A stretch of DNA of 64,000 nt, taken from positions 1 through 64,000 of the forward strand of contig JBMNJT010000002.1 in NCBI GenBank assembly GCA_050951805.1, in the 5' to 3' direction. The notes under the pieces are model-generated. The model saw nothing but the letters and a program-made list of their open reading frames with translations, was not told the origin of the DNA and ran no database searches. This document shows positions 9,459-20,627 of this stretch, piece after piece. The translations under genes were made by a program, and so were the position numbers. This stretch comes from Bacillota bacterium (GTDB taxonomy: Bacteria > Bacillota > DTU025). The stretch's first letter is position 1; each line of letters opens with the position of its first letter.

Positions 9459-10237
9459 TTGGCATTGTTGGAGTCCGATGCAGTGTGGAGCCTTGCTTTC
9501 GTCCGCCTGTAGAAGAGACGTTGCTTGTGGGCGAGATGTGCAGACGGGCGATTATGAGTCAGTATGGAAAGGCCCATGGCGGAGCAGTATCGCCCGTCCT
9601 GTCGGGAAAGGACCAGTCGGGAAAGGTGCTCTCCGGTCATCAGCACGCTTTTTATTTGGCTGATGACGGCGACGGAGATGGGTTGATTGACACAGTATTC
9701 GTGTATAGCGTTCGAGGGTTCAACTCTCTCGAAATCGACGCGATTGCCAGAGTGAGGGAAGTCTATCTTGGACATTATTGCGAGCCCATGGAGCTCAGGC
9801 TGTCGGGCGTGGCGAACATGGAGAACATCGCGCAGCTGGGCAGGATCTTTGGGCCTTCTCGTGTTTGGATTTCTGCTGTTCCTTACGTCATGACTCGCCA
9901 CCCGAAGAGGACACGGGCCGGAGAGACCAAGCTAACCAAGAACGGCAGACAACAGGACGGCCCTGAAGAGCAGATTGCCCGGGAATGGGATCAGCGTGTA
10001 CACGACAATTGCAGTCTGCCGCTGCTCATTGATATGCAGCTGCTTGGCGCGACTGCTTCAAGGCGGGTATATCGAATAGTCCGAGCCTATGGCAATGCCC
10101 CAGATCCGGTGAAGAGAGCTTTCAAATTCAAGCTCATGTTCGATGGCCCTTTGATGGGGCCTGTGGCTTTGGGCTATGCATGCCATTTTGGATTGGGATT
10201 GTTTGTGCCTGAAACAGCTACAAGCCCATTGCCTTGA
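9455..10237 (+). CDS. csb2: Stand-alone Cas6-like domain of type I-G Csb2 family (crRNA processing endonuclease)
   Basis: LSGK...GHQHAFYL..D, WISAVPYV..RHPK and GPVALGYACHFGLGLFVP match the C-terminal half of Csb2. It is only 260 aa and lacks the N-terminal Cas5-like half. Confidence 0.8.
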   Translation: MIGIVGVRCSVEPCFRPPVEETLLVGEMCRRAIMSQYGKAHGGAVSPVLSGKDQSGKVLSGHQHAFYLADDGDGDGLIDTVFVYSVRGFNSLEIDAIARVREVYLGHYCEPMELRLSGVANMENIAQLGRIFGPSRVWISAVPYVMTRHPKRTRAGETKLTKNGRQQDGPEEQIAREWDQRVHDNCSLPLLIDMQLLGATASRRVYRIVRAYGNAPDPVKRAFKFKLMFDGPLMGPVALGYACHFGLGLFVPETATSPLP

Positions 10238-10304
10238 TTGCCAGAGCGGCCTGGAGGAGAGAAGACAAAGATGCATGCACGGGATAATAGGATCCTTCAC
10301 ACCG

Positions 10305-11168
10305 TTAAGCTTTCATATGAGACCGTGCGCGAGTGTGCCCGAATTGGCTGCGAATTTCGTAGGCGAGTATAGAGGCGGCGACGCCAGCGTTTAGGGAATC
10401 GACTGTGCCCATCATCGGGATGTACACCGACAGGTGTTCGGTTTCATACCAGTCCGGGCTTATCCCGTATTTCTCGTTCCCGACCACCAATGCAGATCTC
10501 GGGGCATACTCTATGTCGCTGTAGACGACGCCGCCAGAGGCGTCTGCGAAGTAGAGCGCGAATTCGTGCATACGGAGCCACCGTATGATGTCTTCCATAT
10601 CCGCCTCCAATACAGGGAGGCTCAGAACACTGCACAGGCTCGACCGCACTGTTCGGGGATTGGTAATATTTGCTTGCCCATGGCAGATGACTGCGGCACA
10701 AGCGCCGGCGGCCTCTGCTGTGCGTATTATCGTCCCCACATTGCCCGGGCTCTCCAGACCGTCCAAAACGAGCACTAAGTCGTTAGTGCGCGGACGAACA
10801 CTGTTGAGCGTGATTTCTGGCAATCTGCAGAGTGAGATTACGCCTTCGTCCGATTTCGGCTCGCTCAGCCTGTGGTAGACGTTTTCGGAGATTATGCAGA
10901 TCTCACCCATCGTCTGGTCGACCAGTCTGGAAAGGAGGTCCGCCCCTTCCGGCGTGTGAATCATTGCAGGGCAGACGTACAATGTTTCGATGCGTGCCCG
11001 GGCGGTGAGCGCCTTTGCATTCAGCCATATGCCTTCCACTGCAATGAGGGATTTGTGGCGGCCCTTCATGGCTGAACGAAGGAGTTTGATGCTGTCGTTT
11101 TTCATCCCGATATTGACGGCTCTTTTGCCCATAGCTGAGGCAAGGGATTTGACATCGCCCTCCTCCAT
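10305..11168 (-). CDS. TrmH/SpoU family RNA methyltransferase
   Basis: LDGLESPGNVGTIIRTA, VVGNEKYGIS and IPMMGTVDSLNAGVAASI SPOUT motifs; start chosen at ATG 11168. Confidence 0.93.
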   Translation of the reverse strand: MEEGDVKSLASAMGKRAVNIGMKNDSIKLLRSAMKGRHKSLIAVEGIWLNAKALTARARIETLYVCPAMIHTPEGADLLSRLVDQTMGEICIISENVYHRLSEPKSDEGVISLCRLPEITLNSVRPRTNDLVLVLDGLESPGNVGTIIRTAEAAGACAAVICHGQANITNPRTVRSSLCSVLSLPVLEADMEDIIRWLRMHEFALYFADASGGVVYSDIEYAPRSALVVGNEKYGISPDWYETEHLSVYIPMMGTVDSLNAGVAASILAYEIRSQFGHTRARSHMKA

Positions 11169-11767
11169 ATCAACGCCCCCCATTCGGATCAGCGATACTA
11201 GGCGGAGTGTATCGCTGCGCATATGAACCATGATTCCTTCACGTATGTAGTATAGCAGACAACCAAGTGTCTTGGATCGGGCCACTTCTACCATAGGGGA
11301 CAGGTTAACGGCTCATCTGCTATATTCCCACGAGGTCGCCGTGGCAATCATTTGTGTGGCTCGAGGTGGTCCATTTGAAGCGACTCCCCTTGCTTGATGC
11401 TGCTTCAGCAATAGCAGAATCAAATCACATTTGGGGATTGCTGTTACACGGCTATTTGCATGGCAAGTGCAGTCTAAGTGGCCAACTCTGAGCGCCCCCG
11501 TTGTCGTGACCATCGTAGGTCGGGCTAGCAGTGTTATGATGGCAAAGCTTCGATTATTTCTGCTCAAGTTGATGAAGGTGGTGGCGTTGGGTCGGATACA
11601 CCTCTGAACGTGGTATGGCCTATCAGAAGATTCTGATTGGACCAGATCCAGCAAATGCACCTTTGGGCCGTCGAGCTTCATTTCCCGCGCTTCAGCTGTT
11701 ATGATGGTGCTTGTGATCGATCTAGCCATGGCAGGTTTACCATTATGTTGTGCGAGGAGGAAGGCAC

Positions 11768-12301
11768 ATGCAAGATAACCTGTTACCACTTGTTTCCATA
11801 GAACTTGAAAATGGAGCTGTAATAGAGGCAGAGCTGTATCCGGATGTTGCGCCTAACACGGTAAACAATTTCATCAGCCTTGTGAGCAAAGGCTTCTACG
11901 ATGGACTCACCTTCCATCGGGTGATCCCGGGCTTCGTTATCCAGGGCGGATGCCCCAAGGGGGTCGGAACCGGAGGCCCCGGGTACAGTATTCGGGGGGA
12001 ATTTGAGGACAACGGTTTTGCGAATGACCTCAAGCATGTACCCGGAGTCCTTTCCATGGCGCGCGCTGCGCATCCCGACTCTGCGGGTTCGCAGTTTTTC
12101 ATCATGGTTGGAACATCGCCGCACCTTGATGGCGGGTATGCGGCTTTTGGGAAAGTCGTGTCGGGCTACGAGGAAGTGGAACGCATTGCGAAAGTCCCGT
12201 GCGACCGGAGCGATAAGCCGCTGTCGCCTGTGAGAATGAAGAAGGTGACTGTAGAGCTGTTCGGGGTGGAGTATCCGGAGCCTGAGACTGTGGCCGGGTA
12301 G
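11768..12301 (+). CDS. ppiB: Cyclophilin-type peptidyl-prolyl cis-trans isomerase
   Basis: [35 protein letters not shown] and [12 protein letters not shown] motifs; AGGAGG RBS. Confidence 0.95.
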   Translation: MQDNLLPLVSIELENGAVIEAELYPDVAPNTVNNFISLVSKGFYDGLTFHRVIPGFVIQGGCPKGVGTGGPGYSIRGEFEDNGFANDLKHVPGVLSMARAAHPDSAGSQFFIMVGTSPHLDGGYAAFGKVVSGYEEVERIAKVPCDRSDKPLSPVRMKKVTVELFGVEYPEPETVAG

Positions 12302-12334
12302 GGGGCCTGCCCAGGCTTGCAAGACTGAAGAACT

Positions 12335-12370
12335 AGCCCTGCACGCCGCCATAAGGCGGCTTGTAGGGCT
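12335..12370. terminator. Hairpin between convergent genes (putative terminator)
   Basis: AGCCCTGCACGCCGCC-ATAA-GGCGGCTTGTAGGGCT: 16-bp imperfect inverted repeat. Confidence 0.55.
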
Positions 12371-12439
12371 GTTTGTGTATGATACTGCCTATGATCCCCG
12401 TGGCGAGTTTGTCTGCAGCAATCGCGCTGCCGGTCTGGT

Positions 12440-13533
12440 TCAGCGATCCTTCTTCGATCCGTAATCAGATTGGCTGTGCCTTATTTGGTAGCTTTGGGAC
12501 CGCATGTTCTTGCGCGTTTCGCTTAGTGTATGTCGTGGGGTGGTTTTGCTGATCTCCTCGGTGAGCTTTCGCAAGGTGTCTATGCGATTTTCCAGTATTG
12601 CGCGGGCCTCCTTGTAATCATCCCTGTCCATGGCTTTGGCGCTTTCGTCCTTGGCTGTATGAGCTCGACGGTTTTGATGACGTCGAAGTTTGGCTCCTGC
12701 GGCTCGGCTGCTCCGAGGATTGCAGCAAGTTTCGCCGTCACTTCGAGGGTAGTATGAGCTAGATTATGGAGCGCGTCTGTGTATGACAGAGCTACGTGTA
12801 ATACGGGGTGTTCGCCTTCGGGCAGGGCCAAAGAGGCACCGTGAAGACGGTTTGTATCCTTTGAGTTCTGCTGAGAAGACGTTGGGGATCTCATCGGCAT
12901 CTTTGATGTAGTAGTAGGCTCCGCCTCCAGCTTCGGCCAAGGCAATCAGCAAGTCTTCGTCGAAGCTCAGGCCGACTCCGACGGTGGAGAGGGATACTCC
13001 CTGTTCCAGCATTGCGCGGGCTTTGGCAGAGAGCGCGGCGGGGTTGGTTACACCTACGTTAGCCATCCCGTCCGTGAGCAGCAGAACACGGTTGACTTGG
13101 CCGGGGCGGCATTCCTTGAGGGCTTCCTCATACCCCCTGAGCAGGCCACCTGAAAGGTTGGTGCTCCCCCCTGGCCAGATAGAATCGATGGCTCCTTTGA
13201 CAAGGTCTTTATTCGTGACCTTCTGAGATGGGAGTGCTACGTCAACCTCGTGGTTAAAGACGGTTATTGATAGGACATCGTTGGCTCCTATCTGTTCTAC
13301 AAGGAATTGTGTTGCCTGCTTCACCTGACCCGCTCTCGGTCGAGCACTACGTTGATGTTGAGCGGCAACCGCGAGTCGGACTTGTCGCTGCCTGCTTTGG
13401 CCTCTTCGGTGGCTTGGTTTGACGCCGAAAGCTCGATCACAGCCCAGAGTTTTCCGGGCCTGTTTGCCGGGAGCATGCCATGGGATAAAGCAATTCCGAC
13501 TTGAATAGGGCTTACGACCTTCTCATCATTCAC
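12440..13533 (-). pseudogene. von Willebrand factor A (VWA) domain protein, fragmented
   Basis: RLPLNINVVLDR, GSTNLSGGL, VLLLTDGMANVG, VGVGLSFDEDLL and GGGAYYYI motifs split over four ORFs; the region after the VWA core appears shortened. Confidence 0.75.
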
Positions 13534-14202
13534 TTCGTCGTGTATTAGCTGCCTCTAGCTATGGGCAAGCAAGGTAGTGGTTAACATGTCACAAAGAGGA
13601 CTGGCTTGTGTTCTAAAAGCGTCAGTTGCCGGTCGAAGCGGTCTATGTGATGATTCGCCAAAACCTTGCCGGAAATCGGCGTCCCTGAAGCGGAATTCAC
13701 CGATGCTTGCTTATATATAGATACCCGTTCATCTCGATCTGACCTTTTGGCTCGCCGGGTGCTGCGGGAGATTGGAATTGGGTTGCGGAAGGACGTTTTG
13801 CTTCAGGCATCACATCGAGGACAGTTTCCGGGATCCTGGCTGGTTTTCGGCCCAACATTTGCCGTCTCCATGCTGGATCAGCTTCACTTCTGATCAGGGC
13901 CCTTACTGATCGAGGCGCATACTGCGGGACCACTGTTTCCACCCAGGGTTCCGGGAAGATGCGGGCGCGTGTTGTCGGTGGTTGTCGCGCATTTCGCGGT
14001 CGAGGATGGATTTTTTGAATATGAGTCCAAATCCAGTCGTATACTTGCATGGTCTGTCAATCTGCTGACCGGCTCCTATCTTTATGAGAGGCCTCGATGG
14101 GGCAGATTATCGATGATATCAAGGATGGTTTGCGGAGTAGGGTTGCACCTAGGGTGGTGCTATCAACCCACGGTGTAGTGCGGGGGAGGAATTGGCGGCA
14201 AA

Positions 14203-15246
14203 ATGGATGCGCGATTGGTGCGCGGCCTCATTATCGCTCTCATCTTCGGGACAGTGGCTCTCCTCGTGGTGTTTAAGATATCAGGAGCAAAGGTCACTTG
14301 GTCGGATTTGATGAGAATCAACCCGGTTGTGGTTATCGTGGCGCTTTCGCTCGTGACGGCGACTTGGGTTTTCGATAGCCTCCGAATGTCGGCCCTAATC
14401 CGAGCCATAGGCGAGAAACTCGGTTTTTTGAGCGGGATTCGTGTCGCCATAACCGGCGTTTTTGTGGCCAGCTTGATGCCGTTCAATGCAGGCGGAGAAC
14501 CCATGCAGATCTACTTGTTGAGGAATGAGGGCCTCAGCGTGGGACAGGCATCGGCAGTCGTAGCGGTAAAAACCTTCTGCAACGCTCTTGCAAAGGTTAT
14601 TGTGGCATTGACTGCGTCTTCATGGATCGTTCTGTCCGGCATAGGTTGGCGTGTGCCGCAGCAGATGAAAGCGGTGTTGTTGACTGCGTCCTCGCTGTAC
14701 GTGGGATTCTTCCTTTTCTCGCTGTTCCTGATGAATGACCCACAGCTGATCGAGACTGTTATTGCTCCGATTCTTCGCAGCCGATTTGTTGCCAGGCTGT
14801 TAAAACCTGATGGAAGTGAACGGGTTCTCAAATCGATAAGGAAGTGGATCTCCGAGTTTCAGGTCGCACTTGCGCACTATTGGGAGTGTGAACGTTGGAC
14901 CCTGCTGGGAGTGATCTATCTGAGTGTGGCCGGATGGCTTGCCCTTATTCTGGTACCTACGATGATCCTCGCTGGGCTCGGGGTTAGGGCGCCTAGCGAG
15001 CAAGTGATGGCCAATGTAATTCTCTTTCATATGGTTTCATCGTATGTTCCTACTCCCGGGGCGAGCGGCGCGGCCGAGCTGGGGTTTGCTGAGCTGTTCA
15101 GGATGGTTGTTCCGCCGGATCTGATCGGTGTGGCTGTAGCCCTTTGGCGGCTGCTCACCTACTACTTTACCCTGTTGGTGGGGGGCACTTTAACCTTGAG
15201 TCGGTTGTTGCGAGGCAGCGTTGGGCCGGCAGGGGATGAGGGATGA
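14203..15246 (+). CDS. Flippase-like (UPF0104 / lysylphosphatidylglycerol synthase TM region) membrane protein
   Basis: Multi-TM protein with PFNAGGEP, PTPGASGAAELGF and LWRLLTYY motifs. Confidence 0.88.
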   Translation: MDARLVRGLIIALIFGTVALLVVFKISGAKVTWSDLMRINPVVVIVALSLVTATWVFDSLRMSALIRAIGEKLGFLSGIRVAITGVFVASLMPFNAGGEPMQIYLLRNEGLSVGQASAVVAVKTFCNALAKVIVALTASSWIVLSGIGWRVPQQMKAVLLTASSLYVGFFLFSLFLMNDPQLIETVIAPILRSRFVARLLKPDGSERVLKSIRKWISEFQVALAHYWECERWTLLGVIYLSVAGWLALILVPTMILAGLGVRAPSEQVMANVILFHMVSSYVPTPGASGAAELGFAELFRMVVPPDLIGVAVALWRLLTYYFTLLVGGTLTLSRLLRGSVGPAGDEG

Positions 15247-16024
15247 GGTTGGGGCCCTAGGCACAGGAGTCGAGGTGTTGGGCGTAGAGGATAGTTCTTC
15301 TGAGTCATCAAGGAAATCGGGGCGTGTTGGAGCCTGGTTATACCCAACATCCTGCTGCGAACCCTAAGTGGTGGCGATTTTTCCCGGAGGTCTGCGCAAG
15401 CCGGGTAGCCGACATATCTGCAGCCATCGCTTGGACAAATGTCAAGGAGGTATGGCTTTTCGGAGGGATTCATGGAATTCATCGTTAAAGCCCAGATAGA
15501 CTAGGAAGGTTTTGGCCATGTCGTCGCACTCCATCCAGGTGCGTGGATTGAACGGACTTGATCAGGCTGAGTCCTCGCAGCTATGGAATGAGTGTCGAGG
15601 ATATGGCGGAACTCGGCAAGCCCTCTGGCCAACATGGTGCTTTCTCAGGGTTAGTTCGATGAGATAGGACTGATTGATCTCGCAAAACATGAGGTCGGCC
15701 CCACCTTACTTGATTGAAACGCGTTGCCATCGAGGAGGCGTAGATTTGGGTGTGGGAATTCAGGGCAGTGGGTGAATATCCCCAAACGAGGTCTCGGCAG
15801 CTGAAAGGAGACTGAGACTTAATGGAGTATGAACAATGATAAGCGGATGAGAGAGCATGAGGCGGCAATCGAAAGAGCCTGTTAAAGTCTGAAGTAGTGG
15901 TGTGAATTTGGCAGAAGGATTTTGGGGTATTGACGGAACAGCCATCATGCGATTCTCTTCGGATGTAATACAGACTCAAACCGAATAGGGACAGGCCATA
16001 TTGCACTATTTCGGAGGTATTTTC

Positions 16025-17689
16025 TTGAGATTAGCTACGTTGAGAGCAACATGTATTCTGGCACTAGCAGTGCTTTTGTTGGCAGTGAGTGCTTCAGGAG
16101 CGTTAGCGGCGCCGGAGGCAGTGCAAGATTTGACTGGAGTTGAAGAGCACAAGCCGTACTTCATCATCCACCTTGACGCCATCTCGTCACAGGTGTTCTT
16201 TGAGATGTATGACGCCGGCCTCCTGCCCAACATTTCGGAGCTGTTTTCCGAAGGCAAGGTCATCCCGTATGCTATTTCCCCATTTATGCCTGGTACCGAG
16301 ATGATCTACCCCCGGTTGAAGCAGGGGGCTCCGGCGAGTTCGGATGATCCCATTTCGTGGACTTCAATCAACCGCCATACCGGTGAATACAAGACCTACC
16401 TTGACAATGTTATAGGGCTTTGGTCGTGGGCGCCGCGGTATGCGTTTGGTCAGCTTCTCACAGGCGTGCTCGGGCTTGACGCGTTGTCCCGTCTGTCGCT
16501 GGCGAACATCGAACGGCTTTTACGGGATTATGGTGTAGTTGAATTCCTGTGGTTGGCATCTGACACCGTGGGCCACATAAAGGGCATCGATGCGCAGAAA
16601 TCCAGCGCAATGCGTCTCGACAGCATGCTGGCTCCGTTGGTGCGTTATACGAAAGACTCGCCGGGCAGTCTAAATCTTGTCCTCTACTGTGACCACGGGA
16701 TGAGTATGATTGATGAGTATGTCCTCACGGAGCGTGCCATGGCCGAGGTTGCAGGTGACAAGGCGCTGCTCTGCTTCTACCCCAACGTGTATCTCAAAGA
16801 CGAGCGGCATGCCCCCGAAGTTGCAAGGGCTCTTGGAGAGCGGCACGAGGTTGATTTTGCCTTTTGGCGTGACGGAGAGGGCCGGATAGTCGGCTGCCAT
16901 GACAAAGGGACAGTGATGATCGATTATGATGACGAGCGGGTTGCCTACTCCTATGAGGGAAGCGATCTGTTCGGCTATGTTGACCTCGGGTATTCGGGTG
17001 AAGCTCTAACCGACTCGGAATGGTTGGATCTGACCGCGCGGTGCCAATGGCCGGCTGTACCAGTCCAGATTGTCGGATACATGCAGGGTGACTACAGTGG
17101 AGACGTGGTTGTAGTGACTAATCCTCCGAAAGGGATGCCTAACGCAAGCGGATTTGTTGCCCGTCACAAAGGTGTTGCAGCGTCTGACTGCACAGTGCCG
17201 GTGCTACTTGTGGGCCCTGACATCAACCTCGATCCTGTGCCTGATAGCATCTGGCTGCAGACTCTGTACAGCGATGTGTTGGGCATTGACACAGTCAACA
17301 CTCTGCGTGCCGAAAGGGAACCACACAGCTTGTCTCTTTCGTCAGCCGGGGTTGGGTGTACCCTATCGCCTGCTCCGAGCTTGGTGCTGCAGTTAGAGCT
17401 CGGGAAGGGATCTAGCGATTTTCTGTGTGAGATCGATGTGTTCCGTACTTTCAACACGAGGATCTGGATTGGGGCGGGGATAGTTGCTGATAGGGCATCT
17501 TCATTATCACCATGCGGCACCTTTTCGACCAGGTCGGAACTTTTTTCTGGCAGGATGGTTTTTGAATTGCGCAAACTCAGATTCGACCATAAGGTTGAGC
17601 AGCAGACATCTGTCAGGTATGACGTTGGTAATGGTATCACATTGAGGTGGACTTATCCGGATCAGTTCAGCCTGGGAGTGACTTGGTAG
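16025..17689 (+). CDS. Secreted alkaline phosphatase / nucleotide pyrophosphatase superfamily protein with beta-rich C-terminus
   Basis: Signal peptide ending ALA-A; IIHLDAI, DTVGH, YCDHGM and ARHKG metal-site-like motifs; GGAGG RBS before TTG 16025. Confidence 0.75.
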   Translation: MRLATLRATCILALAVLLLAVSASGALAAPEAVQDLTGVEEHKPYFIIHLDAISSQVFFEMYDAGLLPNISELFSEGKVIPYAISPFMPGTEMIYPRLKQGAPASSDDPISWTSINRHTGEYKTYLDNVIGLWSWAPRYAFGQLLTGVLGLDALSRLSLANIERLLRDYGVVEFLWLASDTVGHIKGIDAQKSSAMRLDSMLAPLVRYTKDSPGSLNLVLYCDHGMSMIDEYVLTERAMAEVAGDKALLCFYPNVYLKDERHAPEVARALGERHEVDFAFWRDGEGRIVGCHDKGTVMIDYDDERVAYSYEGSDLFGYVDLGYSGEALTDSEWLDLTARCQWPAVPVQIVGYMQGDYSGDVVVVTNPPKGMPNASGFVARHKGVAASDCTVPVLLVGPDINLDPVPDSIWLQTLYSDVLGIDTVNTLRAEREPHSLSLSSAGVGCTLSPAPSLVLQLELGKGSSDFLCEIDVFRTFNTRIWIGAGIVADRASSLSPCGTFSTRSELFSGRMVFELRKLRFDHKVEQQTSVRYDVGNGITLRWTYPDQFSLGVTW

Positions 17690-17797
17690 ATATGGTTTTG
17701 CGAGAGAAACCCATGGCCCGGTTGAGCATGTGAGAGTGTTCTAGAGCGAAGGGGTGCGCAACATGTGGGGCAGTGGAGTGGTAAGGAACAGAGGAGC

Positions 17798-19099
17798 CTA
17801 CATGAGGTTGAAAAGCGCATTCCACCCCCAATACGCAAGGGTGAAAAGAAGGCTGAGACCGCTCGGTATTATTAATAGTCGCCAGCTTTCCCCCAAGTCA
17901 GCCCCGAGATATTGTGTTGTAGCGGTTAAACAGACATGTGCGGGGGAGACGAGATACCCTGAAAACGATGACATGAAGAGGGCGACGACGAAGCCGAAGG
18001 GAGTCGGCAGGTCTGCGATTAGGGGCAGGAGAAGGGGGGCTGTGATGGCTACGGCGGCGGTATGTGAGCCTAGCACGAAGGCAGCTGCAATGGGCATGGC
18101 GATCCCGAACAAGAGCAGGGATGCCGGGCTTGTCTGCATGCTGGCACTTGCTATATCTAGGGCTGGCGAGTTGGCCACTGTTTTGCCCAAAAGAACGGTG
18201 CCTGCCACTGTCGCAACTACGGGCCAATCGATGCCGCGCACTACGCCTTCCCTAAATCTTCTGTTTACCTCTTGCCAGTAGGGTTTGCCCGGTTGCACCA
18301 CAAAGACTCCTGTTGCCACGCTAAATGCTACAGCCAGCGGGAAACTGACTGGGGTTGCCAGGGCGAAAAGCAGAACTACGATGATCGGAGCTATAGATAT
18401 CAGGATCATCGGGAATGTTGTACGGGCCCGGGATATTACTGCGCTCGGCAGCCTGGATTGAGCGTCTAAGCCAAAGGCGGTTCTTGAGTGTGTACCCGAA
18501 GGCTCCATTGGCGGTGCTTCCTGCGGGAACACCAGCTTGGCTGTGGATAGAATTACTATTATGCAGGCAATGGAGCCTGGCAATGCGAAGGCGCTATATG
18601 GTACGCCCGAGACTTGTTGGGTGAGGAGAAGGGTTGTGGAGAGGGGATAGATGTAATACCATGCATGTCTGAACATGATGTTGGCAGTCACTTTCTGTTC
18701 TCGGCTCATGTCCAAGGCATCTCCAACAGAATCGATGACTGGCGCGGAGAAGACTGCAGCCCCTGGAACGCTGAGGAAGCCCATAAGTGAAGGGATGAGG
18801 AAGACAACCCAGCGATCATCTTTGACTAGGCTTCTTATTCCCTGTGCCAAGGCGTCGGTTGCTCCCGAGGTTCTCATTACACTCCCTAACATGGTGATGA
18901 GGGCGATGGAAACAAGCAAGGTGAGGCCGTTCGGATCAATAAATGTATCGTGCAATGCTCCAGCAAGCATGGCGATTCCGTTGCCGCTCATAGCTGTAAC
19001 GACCAGCGCGGCTATTGTGGCTGCAAGTCCCACATTTACTTTGTGCCTGACGGCGATGAGCAATAGGCCAGTTCCTACTGCGAGCCCCACATAAGGCAT
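17798..19099 (-). CDS. DUF401 family membrane transporter
   Basis: Highly hydrophobic; GFLSVPGAAVFSAP, FRHAWYYIYPL and GYLVSPAHVCL motifs. Confidence 0.85.
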   Translation of the reverse strand: MPYVGLAVGTGLLLIAVRHKVNVGLAATIAALVVTAMSGNGIAMLAGALHDTFIDPNGLTLLVSIALITMLGSVMRTSGATDALAQGIRSLVKDDRWVVFLIPSLMGFLSVPGAAVFSAPVIDSVGDALDMSREQKVTANIMFRHAWYYIYPLSTTLLLTQQVSGVPYSAFALPGSIACIIVILSTAKLVFPQEAPPMEPSGTHSRTAFGLDAQSRLPSAVISRARTTFPMILISIAPIIVVLLFALATPVSFPLAVAFSVATGVFVVQPGKPYWQEVNRRFREGVVRGIDWPVVATVAGTVLLGKTVANSPALDIASASMQTSPASLLLFGIAMPIAAAFVLGSHTAAVAITAPLLLPLIADLPTPFGFVVALFMSSFSGYLVSPAHVCLTATTQYLGADLGESWRLLIIPSGLSLLFTLAYWGWNALFNLM

Positions 19100-19519
19100 C
19101 AACTGGCACCTCCGAGAACATGCTACCACATCCCAGTATATTTCGACATCTGGCACTGGTTCAATGCTGAACGTGTCAGGAAGGCAGTCTCGATATTCGG
19201 GCGTTAGTAAAGGAATTGAGAACACCGTGGAGTATGTATGCCTAGGGACTGTGGAGCTGCAGTGGGCTATGTAGCAAAGATTGTTCAGATTCTCCCGTAG
19301 GCTAGCGGCCCCATTTTACGCTTTGCGCAAGTGGGCGGATTGAGGTTGTAGCGCAACCACTAGGATGCTCAGTATTGTGCAGCCTTGTGTGGTTGTTACA
19401 GATTTTACATAAGCCTTGCTTCGGCCGGGAGCGGTGTATGTGAAGTTCATGGTTGCGGAGTGGGACGGGTAGGCGAGAATGTAGACTGATGGCTCAAGAT
19501 GAGGGAGGTTTCGTTTGGA

Positions 19520-20380
19520 ATGCATGTCCAGACCGTGGAATACAAACGCGTTGACGGATGCAGCATATGTGCTGATGTCTATGGTTCATCCATTCCAAGC
19601 TCTCCCGCTGTAGTGTACATACATGGCGGGGGTTTGATATGGGGATCGCGGAAGCGGGTTGTGCCGGAGCAAATCTCTGCCTTTGTGGGTCAGGGGTATA
19701 CTGTGATATCCATAGACCACCGTCTTGCCCCCCAAACAAAGCTGCCGTCCATTGTTGAAGATGTGTGCGACGCTCTGAGCTGGGTATTGGATGACTGCCC
19801 CAGGCTCTTTGACATCGACCCTTACCGAGTCGCTGTATTCGGCAGGTCGGCAGGCGCGTATCTTGCGTTGCTCAGCGGGACCCTTGCCCGAAAGCCGAAA
19901 GCTGTCGTTTCGTACTTTGGATTTGGCGATCTTCTCACTGATTGGGGGAATAAGCCAAGTCAGTATCATCTGTCAATGCCCGAAGTTTCGAAGAAACGGG
20001 CATATGAATGCATAGGAAGCAATGTTATATCCGGAAGCGGTGAAGAACGTTTGCCGTTCTATATCTACTGCCGCCAACAGGGTATCTGGATGCGCGAAGT
20101 GGTTGGCCTCAACCGAGATGACAGAGTCCTGAAGGAATACTCGCCCATCCACAATGTAAGGTCGGATTACCCCCCTACACTGTTGATGCATGGCGAAGAA
20201 GACAAAGATGTGGATTGGACGGAGTCCGTAAAAATGGCCAATGCACTGACTCATGCGGGAGTAAAAAACGAGCTGATAACCCTTCCCGGCCTAGGACACT
20301 CCTTCGACCGCCAGATGGGGGACGCGCGGGTTAGGGAGTCACTCGAGTCCATGCTGGCTTTCTTGCGCGATAATCTATAG
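19520..20380 (+). CDS. Alpha/beta hydrolase (HSL-like esterase/lipase)
   Basis: HGGG oxyanion motif, GRSAG nucleophile, HGEEDKDV and GHSF. Confidence 0.9.
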   Translation: MHVQTVEYKRVDGCSICADVYGSSIPSSPAVVYIHGGGLIWGSRKRVVPEQISAFVGQGYTVISIDHRLAPQTKLPSIVEDVCDALSWVLDDCPRLFDIDPYRVAVFGRSAGAYLALLSGTLARKPKAVVSYFGFGDLLTDWGNKPSQYHLSMPEVSKKRAYECIGSNVISGSGEERLPFYIYCRQQGIWMREVVGLNRDDRVLKEYSPIHNVRSDYPPTLLMHGEEDKDVDWTESVKMANALTHAGVKNELITLPGLGHSFDRQMGDARVRESLESMLAFLRDNL

Positions 20381-20432
20381 ACAGGTGGATGCAGCTATTC
20401 GACTCATGGAGTGTGCTTGAGTCTGTTGTGAG

Positions 20433-20627
20433 GTGGGTTTTGTGATCAATGCCATAACTGGTCTGGATGATCACCTATTGCCACGTTTGGAGGCGGCAAT
20501 CGGAAGAGCCGACAGGATACGGCTGATTGTGGCATTTGTCATGGAATCTGGGGTGAAGCTCATCCTGCCAAGTCTTCAGCAGGCGGCTAGCCGAGGCGTG
20601 TCTATAGAGCTTATTGCGTGGCGCTAG
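20433..20627 (+). pseudogene. N-terminal remnant of a PLD/HKD-nuclease-helicase gene
   Basis: ITGLDDHLLPRL...ADRIRLIVAFVMESGV resembles the start of PLD-domain SF2 helicases; it stops after 64 codons where base composition changes. Confidence 0.6.

Noticed and set aside
11313-11789. 158 aa minus-strand ORF
   Set aside because: No motifs, and it overlaps the cyclophilin start; probably spurious.
13560-14180. Possible degraded regulator upstream of the VWA gene
   Set aside because: I could not assemble a convincing reading frame or motif.
15250-16000. Long intergenic region as possible ncRNA or riboswitch
   Set aside because: No recognisable conserved RNA motif by eye; an Infernal/Rfam search would be needed.
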